From: Myxococcota bacterium
GTDB taxonomy: Bacteria; Myxococcota_A; UBA796; CAJQPC01
DNA: 64,000 nucleotides
NCBI GenBank assembly: GCA_036012755.1
Contig: DASCPX010000198.1
Span: 29,349-93,348 of the forward strand
Reading direction: 5' to 3'
Shown here one piece after another: positions 56,233-64,000 of this stretch. The position numbers were made by a program, and so were the translations under genes. Each line of letters opens with the position of its first letter. Positions within the stretch are counted from its first letter, which is position 1. Below the pieces are notes generated by a model. The model did not search any database. It saw nothing but the letters and a program-made list of their open reading frames with translations, and was not told where the DNA came from.

Positions 56233-58001
56233 TCACTCCTCCGCTTCGGGCTCGGGAGCGGGTGTGGGGATCATCTCGTAGATGTGCGTGGGCTCCGGGG
56301 CCTCCTCGGAGAGATGCGGGCCCGGGTCGGGCACCATCTCTGCGAAGTGGGGCGCCGGCGCCATCTCGGTCACGTAGGGCCTGGGCGCCATCTCCGTCGG
56401 GTAGGTCGGGTACTCTGGCTCGTCCACCGGCTCGTCCACCGGCTCGTCCGGCACCTCCGGGATCCCGGCCCCCTCGGGCCCGAAGCGCAACAGGTAGGAC
56501 TGTCCGAAGGTGCGGGAGTCGGACACCTCCAGGGCTTCGAGCTCCGCCTGCAGCGTCTGCTCGAGGGCGCCGGTGAAGGGCGGCCCGAGTCCGACGGACT
56601 CGACCTTGCCGTCCTCGCCGATCCGGATCGCGACCTCGGTCGGGGCGTCGGGTCCCGCCACCTCTTCGAGCTTGGGCAGCAGCACCGCGCCAACAGCCGC
56701 CTTCACGACCTCTGCGGCGGTCTCGGTGGGTATGGGCTCCGGGTCCTCTACGCCGCCACGGTGGGGCTCGGAGGGCACCGCGACCATCTCGGTGGCGTGG
56801 GTGTCGGTGTCGCAAGCCGCCAGGGGGAGCACGATCGTGGCCGCCAGGCCCGCCGCGGCCACCGTCCTGCTCACCGTGCGGCTCGCTCGGGGGGGCGCGG
56901 CGCTCTTCCGGATCTCCCGGACCAGCGCGATGCCGTCGATGTCCAGGCGCGCCCCGCTCGCGGCGATGCGCAGCTTCAGGTCCTCGGCGAAGGCGGGCTC
57001 TGTCGCGGCCCCGTCCCGGAGCGCCTCGACCACCTCCTCCAGGTGTGCGGCGGTGTCGTTGTTGACCCTGACGACGAAGTCCTTCACCCGCCTGCGGAGG
57101 GAGGCGTGGTGTCCGTGGAAGTGCTCCAGCACCTGGTGCTCGAAGTCCACCTGCATGCAGCGGTGATGGAGGCACTCGGTCCCGTAGCAGCGGTCCCAGA
57201 AGGCCCGCCGGATCACGTCGAAGGCGGCCTGGGCCCGCGGATCCGCGATCACGTAGCCAAAGCCCCACATGTTGCCGAGCAGCTTGCCGTCGCGGCGCAG
57301 CATCCGCTCCAGCGGCGTGCCCGCGTAGATCTCCGTGCGGCAGAAGTTCATCGGGTGCATGGGGTTGGCCCGCAGGAAGGCGATGTTCCCGGCGAGGTCC
57401 TCCAGGCTCGAGCGCGGGTTCAGCATCAAGAGGTTGAAGGCCAGGTGCACCCCCATCCCCTCGATGATCCGCAGGGCTCGGACGTTCTCCTCGACGGTCT
57501 GCCGCCGGCCCAGCTGGCGCAGGGAGACGTCGGTGCCCGCCTCGATGCCGAGGAAGACGCGGAAGAGCCCCAGGCGCCGCAGGCCCCCGAAGACCTCTTC
57601 ATCGACGGTCCCCGGTCGGGCCTTGCAGGCGAAGGCGATCCTGCCCACGCCGCGGTCGGCCAGGGCGCTGCCCAGGCGCTCGATCCTGTCGAGCATCGCG
57701 TCTTTGGGCTCCATGACGAAGTTGTCGTCGTGGAAGTTGAAGATCCGGACCCCGCGCCGGTAGAGGCTGGCCATCTCCTCGGCCACCGCCTCCGGCTGCC
57801 GGTAGCGCACGCGGTCCCCGCCGCAGTGCTTGTGCCAGGCCGAGATCGAGCAGAACACGCAGCTGTAGCTGCACCCTCGAGAGCTGAGGATGTTCGTGAT
57901 CGGCAGGCCGAGGTAGCGGTCGAAGGGGCGCCGGCGTGGGGGCCAGGGGAGGGTGTCGAGGTCGGAGGGCTTGACCGCCTGGGCGTTCTCGCGCAGCTGG
58001 T
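56233..58001 (-). pseudogene. Cobalamin-type radical SAM (B12 domain deleted) fused to a lipobox- and repeat-bearing tail
   Basis: DLDTLPWP...ILSSRGCSYSCVFC, FNFHDDNF, FLGIEAG, YAGTPL are typical of B12-binding radical SAMs. No start codon before the Cys triad. Tail has LAAC and [H/Y]xxEMxP repeats. Confidence 0.78.
56260..56403 (-). repeat. Peptide repeat array YPTEMAP/YVTEMAP/HFAEMVP/HLSEEAP/HIYEMIP
   Basis: Five tandem units. A sixth (HATEMVAVP) lies at about 56773-56799, just after the lipobox. Confidence 0.85.
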
Positions 58002-58609
58002 GGCAGCTGGCGGATGGCTTCGCGCGTCGTGCCCCTGGCGCCGTCTATGTCCAGGCTGTAGGCCGGGATCGCCAGTCGGATCCTCTCGATCGACCGCAGG
58101 GGTGGGATGCCCGTGAGGACCGAGTCCCCCGTGAACAGGGTCCCGGTGGGCTCGTGGAAGAGCAGCACCGAGCCAGAGGTGTGGCCTGGCACATGGAGGG
58201 CGCGAAAGCCCCAGCCGACGTCCTCTGTGAAGGTGTCGTCGACCTCGCACACAGCCGGGAAGCGGTCCTCCCAGGAAGCCAGCGCCTCGTCCCAGAAGGA
58301 GCCCTGGCCTCGCCCGGCGAGCCGCCCGCGATCCCCCTGTCCCGCCAGGGCCGAGGCCTCGTCGACGTGACAGAGGACCGGGCAGCCATGCTGCTCCCGG
58401 ATCCGAGCGGCGTTGCCGGCGTGATCGCAGTGCCGGTGGGTCAGGACCACGGCGTCGAGGCGGATGTCGCGGAGCTGGCGCGACAGCGCCCAGCGCTCTG
58501 TCCAGTGGCCGCTGTCGATCAAGACCGTCCCCGCCGGATGCCGCACGACCCAGGTGTTCGAGATGCGCGCCAGGGTCGCCAGTCCCGTGTGCTCGTCGAA
58601 GAACTTCAC
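58002..58609 (-). pseudogene. Metallo-beta-lactamase-fold hydrolase, 3'-truncated
   Basis: LIDSG, THRHCDHAG, PGHTSGS, FTGD. The final GHG motif is missing and the gene runs out of frame into the radical SAM near 58000. Confidence 0.78.
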
Positions 58610-58713
58610 GGCTACATCCTACGGTCGCGGCTTTTCTTTTTCGGACTTCCCGAGTCCATGGGTCTCAACCAGCAGAACGGGAAGCACACCCTCCCGAGCC
58701 CCAAGGAGCACTC

Positions 58714-59649
58714 ATGAACCGTCTCGTTGCAGTCGCGATCACCTCAGCCCTCCTCACCGCTTGCGCACCTGGCAACAGGGTCGGCGCCGACCTCGCAGAG
58801 GTCCTCCCGGACGACCGCATCCAGGTCAACCTCCGCACCGACAGCGAGCTCGCGAAGGACGCAGAGGACGGCATCTGGTCCAACGCCTACCTGTTCACCG
58901 CTCGGGTGACAGATGACGTCAACGCCATGATCGCCTTCCCGCTGATCCTGGTGGACGTGATCACCTCGACGCCCCCCAGCGAGATCGCCGAGGACGGCAA
59001 CTCCGCCACCTGGGGCCCCTACGGGGACGCCCTCGACCCGGTCGAGACCATCCTGTACGTCGACCACGACGTCGAGCTCGACACCTACACGTGGAGCTTC
59101 CTGCAGAAGCCGAAGGGCGCCGACGACAGCGAGTACGTGCCGATCGTGCTCGGCGAGGTGGACTCCGGAGCCACCCGCGAGGTCCACAGCGGTCGCTTCA
59201 CGGTCGACTTCACGACGGCAGACAACCTGGACCCCAACGTGCGCGCCACGGGTACCTTCACGAGCGAATACGACGTCCAGGAGGACACCGTCAGCGCCCA
59301 GGCGATCTTCATCGACTTCCAGGGCGAGCGCGGCGGCGATCCCGTCGACGCGGTCTACTCCTACGACCAGACTCCCGATGGCGCCGGCCAGATGGACCTG
59401 GGCTGGTTCGACGACGTGAACGAGGACGGCGAGGACGACATCTGGGTCGTGCGCAGCCGCTGGACGAGCGAGGGCGCCGGTCGCGCCGACTCCGTCATCG
59501 CAGCCGGTGGTTCCGAGGTCTCCTACGCAGCCAGTGAGTGCTGGGACGGCTCCTTCGACCCGGTCTACCAGGTGAACTCCTGGGCTGGTGACCTGATGGG
59601 CGCAGAGGCCGACTGCGCCTTCGCCGAGACCAGCTACCCCGAGGAGTAG
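58714..59649 (+). CDS. Hypothetical lipoprotein
   Basis: RBS aaggag, canonical signal MNRLVAVAITSALLTAC, acidic body. Confidence 0.82.
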   Translation: MNRLVAVAITSALLTACAPGNRVGADLAEVLPDDRIQVNLRTDSELAKDAEDGIWSNAYLFTARVTDDVNAMIAFPLILVDVITSTPPSEIAEDGNSATWGPYGDALDPVETILYVDHDVELDTYTWSFLQKPKGADDSEYVPIVLGEVDSGATREVHSGRFTVDFTTADNLDPNVRATGTFTSEYDVQEDTVSAQAIFIDFQGERGGDPVDAVYSYDQTPDGAGQMDLGWFDDVNEDGEDDIWVVRSRWTSEGAGRADSVIAAGGSEVSYAASECWDGSFDPVYQVNSWAGDLMGAEADCAFAETSYPEE

Positions 59650-59665
59650 TCACCCCCCAACAGCG

Positions 59666-59696
59666 AGCCGCCTCCGAGGTCCTCGGGGGCGGTTTT
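59666..59696 (+). terminator. Probable intrinsic terminator
   Basis: agccgcctccgag-gtc-ctcgggggcggtt stem followed by Ts, 16 nt after the stop. Confidence 0.65.
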
Positions 59697-59702
59697 CGTG
59701 TC

Positions 59703-61760
59703 ATGGTCGCCCCGATGTCGAAGCCGACCCGAAGGACATTCCTGGAGCTCGGCGTGGCGGCGACCACCGCGGCGACGATGACGCCCGGGCTCGGCCAGGC
59801 CGAGACCGTCGACGCTGGCTTTCTCGAGCGCTACCGGCGCAAGTGGACCTGGGACTACGTCGTCCGGAGCACACACAATCTCAACTGCTGGTTCCAGCAG
59901 AGCTGCTGCTTCTACGTCTACGCGAAGGACGGCGTGGTCACCCGAGAGGAGCAGGTCGGGGACTACCCCCAGACCCACCCGGGCGTGCCCGACTTCAACC
60001 CGCGCGGCTGTCAGAAGGGCTGCTCCTACAGCTCGCTGATGTAGAGCGAACCCAGGGTCACCTCGCCCCTGAAGCGCAGCGGGGAGCGGGGCTCGGGAAG
60101 CTGGGAGGAGGTCTCCTGGGACCAGGCCCTGTCGGAGATCGCCGAGCGCGTCGTCGAGGCGGTGGTCGATGACCCGCAGACCGTGGTCGTCGATCCGGGG
60201 ACGGGGATCAGCCAGCTCTCGGTCGCCAGTTTCCTCCACCTCTCGGACATCCTCGACGCCGTCTGGCTCGACATCAACTGCGAGATCGGCGACGACCAGC
60301 AGGGGGCCGCCGTCACCTACGGCGAGATCGCCTCGGATCGCTCTGCTGACGACTACTTCAACTCGGACCTGATCCTCATCTGGGGTGGCAACCCCGCCTA
60401 CACCCAGATCCCGAACTTCCACTTCCTCACAGAAGCCCGCTACAACGGCACGACGATCGTCGCGATCAGCCCCGACATGAACGCCTCGGCGATCCATGCG
60501 GATCTGTGGGTGCCGCTGAAGCCCGGAACGGACGCTGCCCTGGCGATGGGGATGGCTCACGTCGTGATCACAGAGGGCCTCTACGACGCGGAGCTGATCA
60601 GGGAGCAGACCGACCTTCCGATCCTCGTGCGGCTCGACAACCGCAAGATCCTCCGCCAGAGCGACCTGGCGAAGGGTGGGGCGCCTCTGGCCACCTATCG
60701 CTGGGACACCGAGAGGGACCGGCTCCACGAAGCGAACACCCGCAGCCTGGACCTCGACGGGCTCGTCCCCGCCCTGGAGGGGCAGTTCGAGGTCCGCACC
60801 CTCGACGGGCCGACGATGGTCACACCCGTCTTCGAGCTGCTCAAAGCCGAGGTCGCCGAGTTCACGCCAAAGAAGGCCTCTGAACTGTGTGGGGTAGCCC
60901 CGGAGACGATTCGCAAGCTGGCGATGTTGCTCGTGGAATCCGACGCGGCCACCAACACCTGCACGAGCGCGATCTCCAAGTACTATCACGGTGACTTGAT
61001 GATGAGGGCCCAGATCCTCGTCTTCCTCCTGACCGGCCATCTCGGGCGGCCTGGAGATGGGTTCGTGTCGGCTTCCTTCCTGGTCGCGGACGGCGTGGGT
61101 GCCGACTACCAGGAGCTGATGAAGGTCCGCGACGTGCGGTGGAAGATGGCCTTCAAGTATGGCTACACCTACTGGGGGCGCCGCTTCGCCGGGGTCGACC
61201 AGCACCGGGCCGACATCCGCCTCCTGCAGGACACCTACGTCGAGTCCCGCATGGGGATCAACTCCACGCTGTTCTGGTACAGACACGCCGGGCTGGAGGA
61301 GATCAGCGGGCGGGCCTGGGACCCGGACCTGCCCCGTGAGGTCGGGGACTACGTGCAGGAGGCCCTCGAGAAGGGCTGGCAGGCGGACGACCCGACTCCG
61401 GACCCCAGGGTCTTCTTCGTGGGCATGGGGAACCCCTTGCGCCGGGTCCGCGCCGCCCACCGGCTGCTCGAGGTGCTCTGGCCCAAGCTCGACATGGTGG
61501 TCGTCTTCGACCTTCGCATGAGCTCAACGGCGCTGTTCGCAGACTACGTCCTGCCGGTGTCCGGGGCCTACGAGAAGGCGACGACCATGGCGCTGAACTC
61601 CAACACGTGCATGCCCTTTCTGCACACCACCAACAAGGAGGTGAACGCGGTCGGAGAGTCCAAGGACGAGTGGGAGATCGTGTCTCTGTTGGCCAAGAAG
61701 ATCGAAGACGCGACCTGGCGCTCCGATCCCACGATGTTGCGCTTGCAGCGGGGCGAGCCC
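59703..61760 (+). pseudogene. Type II DMSO-reductase-family molybdoenzyme alpha subunit (Ebd/S25d/Ser-like), amber stop plus deletions
   Basis: Tat motif TRRTFL, STHNLNCWFQQSC, NPRGCQKG, in-frame TAG at 60042-60044 followed by SEPRVTSPLKRSGERG..W..VSWDQAL, EIGD ligand, PGTDAALA, STALFADYVLP. Most of the C-terminal third is absent. Confidence 0.85.
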
Positions 61761-62684
61761 TGCAAGCGTCTCTGGACCGACGACAGCGGCATGATGGAGC
61801 ACATGTGGTGGAACATCGTGAACACGCTGCCGGGAGAGGGCACGCCCCGTGGCTGGGAGCAGATGGGCGGTGGCTTCGTCGATGGGCAGCTGACCCTGGG
61901 CGCGTTGCCGAGCGAGGAGGAGTTCGGGCCCGCCTGGCGCTTCAACTTCCAGGAGGCCCTGTTCGAGGACGGCGCCCAGCACACCCACCTTCGGCCGGAC
62001 GGAGCCACCTGGGGTCCCAACTGGGAAGAGGACCAGGGTGGAGGCACCTTCCCGAACAGCTACTTCTTCTACCTGCCCCGTCTGTGCAATCACTGCACGA
62101 CGCCGGCCTGCCTGGCCGCCTGCCCGGTCAACGCCATCGAGAAGACCCCAGAGGGTGCTGTCCTCATCGACGAGGACCGGTGTCAGGGCAACCAGCTCTG
62201 CGCGATGGCCTGTCCCTACAAGCGGATCTACTTCAATCGCGGCGAGCGGGTCTCCCAGAAGTGCATCCAGTGCTTTCCTCGCATCGAGAAGGGTGTGGCT
62301 CCGGCCTGCGTTCGCCAGTGTCCAGGTAGGGCGAGGCACTTCGGCGACCTCGACGACCCCGATGGACAGGTCTACAAGCTGGTAGTCGACTGGAAGGTCG
62401 CCTTGCCCCTGCACCCGGAGTTCGGGACCGAGCCGAACGTCTTCTGCGTGCCGCCGATCCTGCCTGCGCCGCTGCGTCCGGACGGCACCATCGACGAGGA
62501 GGGGCAGCGCCTGCCCATGGCCGTGCTGGAGGGGCTCTTCTCTCCCGCGGTGAAGGGGGCGCTGGACACCCTCGCCCGGGAGCGCCGAAAGCGCGCGGCC
62601 GGAGATGACTCCCCCTTGATGGACCTGCTGATCTCTCGTCGCTGGGCCGATGCGCTCGGGTCCTTCGACGAAGCCCCTGTCTGA
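61761..62684 (+). pseudogene. Fe-S beta subunit of the same enzyme, N-terminus deleted, fused in frame to alpha
   Basis: CKRLWT...WWN.V.T.PG, GPNWEEDQG, FYLPRLCNHC..PACLAACP, CPYKRIYFN, KCIQCFPR, CVRQCPGR, LHPEFGTEPNV. The first three Cys are missing. Confidence 0.85.
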
Positions 62685-63269
62685 TCAGGACTCCGCTCTT
62701 TCCTTGATCGCCTTGACCACCATGACCGCGGTCGAGGCCTGGATGGCCATCTCCATCGAGGGCTGCTCCTCGATCAGGCTCGCCACGATCCAGCCCATGG
62801 ACTCCAGGTCGGTGTAGGTCGAGTAGTAGACGATGCTGCCCCCCTTCGCGGGGGTGACGTGCCAGCTTCCGGTGGAGGCGGCGAAGTCACCCGACACCAG
62901 CTCGAAGCGGATGGATCGGTTGGTCGGGTCCTCCCAGTGGCGGTTGGTGTACTCGACCGTCTTGGAGATGACGGAGAACTGGAAGTCCAGCGTGTAGTGC
63001 ACGTCCTTGGTGCCGTCCGGGCCTTCCGTCACGGACACGACCGTGGTCTGGGGCATCCACTTGGGGTAGGCCTCGTAGTCCGTGATCACTGCCCAGACCT
63101 CATCTGGGGAGGCCTTCACCAGCGTCCCGCCGGTCACCAGCTCGACCCTCCCGTCAGGGCGCTCCTCGACGATGACGACCTGGCCGCTCTCGGTCAGCTT
63201 GGTGATGGTGGCCGGGTCGGCCTGTGAGGGGTCGAAGGCCGCGGTCGCGGCGACGAGTGCGAGGAGCAT
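62685..63269 (-). CDS. SRPBCC/START-fold (polyketide cyclase/Coq10-like) exported protein
   Basis: ASPDEVWAVITDYEAYPKWMP, GDF...GSW. RBS ggagg. Confidence 0.85.
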   Translation of the reverse strand: MLLALVAATAAFDPSQADPATITKLTESGQVVIVEERPDGRVELVTGGTLVKASPDEVWAVITDYEAYPKWMPQTTVVSVTEGPDGTKDVHYTLDFQFSVISKTVEYTNRHWEDPTNRSIRFELVSGDFAASTGSWHVTPAKGGSIVYYSTYTDLESMGWIVASLIEEQPSMEMAIQASTAVMVVKAIKERAES

Positions 63270-63374
63270 GGGTACCTCCGTGGTGGGGCCATCGTAGGCT
63301 TGGTGGAGTGGAAGGCCCCAAACCGCCGATGTCGTCGTGGCATCCATACACGGGGCTCGGGAGGCCCTGGAGAT

Positions 63375-63752
63375 CTACGGAGACGCCTGATCGAGCCTCC
63401 AGGGGACCGACCCTGCGTACACCGTCAGTGGTCCGGCGCGCCGCAGTGGAGCCCTGGTCTCAGCCAGCCGCTCCAGCAGCCGCGCGCAGGTCTCGACGCC
63501 CCTTGTCCGGCTCAGCTCTTCGGCGAGCTCCTCTGCCCGCTGTCTGAAGCCCGGCTCCTCCACGAGGCGAGCCACGAGCTCACCGATCTCGTCTGGTCCG
63601 TGGCGCCCGTGCTCCGCGCGCAGCCCTGCGCCGAGCCACTCGACGCGAGTTGCGTTGTCGGCCTGCTCGCCCCCGACTGGCATCACGAGCAGGGGCTTGC
63701 CCGCGGCCAGGGTCTCGTTCACGGTGTTGTTCCCGCCGTGGCTGACGACGTT
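63375..63752 (-). pseudogene. GT-B glycosyltransferase (GT1-like) C-terminal fragment
   Basis: VVSHGGNNTVNETLAAGKPLLVMPVGGEQADNA. Upstream sequence is a hairpin and the end of another gene. Confidence 0.75.
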
Positions 63753-63805
63753 CCAACCGCCGTTCTCGCCGCTCCCCTTGGGGAACGACAACGAGAGGGG
63801 TTCGG

Positions 63806-64000
63806 TTACCCGTCCTGCGAAGTCGCGCCGCGGCGCTTCTTCCACTCCTCGATGACCTCGGCCTTCGACATCGGGCGCGGCGTCTCGTACCGAAGGCTCC
63901 CGTCCGGTTGCAGCGGGTTCCCCAACTCCTTCCACGTCCTCGGCCGCTCGTCGCGGTCGGAACTCGATTTCGGCGTCGAACCAGTCTCGGTAGGTGGCTT
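63806..64000 (-). CDS. 3' end of an unidentified gene entering from beyond the window
   Basis: ...RTWKELGNPLQPDGSLRYETPRPMSKAEVIEEWKKRRGATSQDG* followed by a GC hairpin. Confidence 0.4.
   Translation of the reverse strand, partial: KPPTETGSTPKSSSDRDERPRTWKELGNPLQPDGSLRYETPRPMSKAEVIEEWKKRRGATSQDG

Noticed and set aside
57599..58609. MBL-radical SAM fusion protein
   Set aside because: The two parts are out of frame and each lacks essential regions. This is a deletion junction.
60042..60044. TAG as pyrrolysine or recoded stop
   Set aside because: The position is normally Tyr, TAG ends many other genes here, and the gene has further deletions.
1..64000. rRNA, tRNA, CRISPR array, prophage, intact transposase
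   Set aside because: None recognised by eye. A covariance-model scan would be needed to exclude small RNAs.

Overview
High-GC (roughly 70% by eye) bacterial window. Gene content (pilH-pilI-pilD order, many acidic lipoproteins, DUF222/HNH, HxsB locus) suggests a Myxococcota/deltaproteobacterial genome; this is inference. No rRNA, tRNA or CRISPR array was seen. About 60 genes or gene relics. Main blocks: (1) two MscS genes around a large coiled-coil/membrane/degenerate P-loop protein; (2) a DpgA-type type III PKS cassette with two crotonases, GATase, GGT and GNAT but no DpgC; (3) an IS21 istB relic, a lower-GC 3-gene cassette and an HNH gene; (4) pilH-pilI-degT-pilD next to a GT2 and four radical SAM genes, one apparently split into a separate core and SPASM gene; (5) a direct-repeat-flanked patch of Fic/ParE fragments and an intact AbiE pair; (6) a LysR gene divergent from an ArsM-like methyltransferase with an in-frame UGA plus SECIS-like hairpin (probable selenoprotein); (7) PFOR; (8) an HxsB radical SAM operon with a flavin halogenase-like gene and no canonical precursor, converging on a broken cobalamin-type radical SAM whose tail carries an internal lipobox and six [H/Y]xxE[M/E]xP-like repeats (candidate substrate); (9) a decayed type II DMSO-reductase-family operon. 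Two window-wide patterns stand out: ultra-short lipoprotein-like signal peptides, and many genes broken by deletions, frameshifts or nonsense codons. All calls come from motif recognition by eye; no searches were run.
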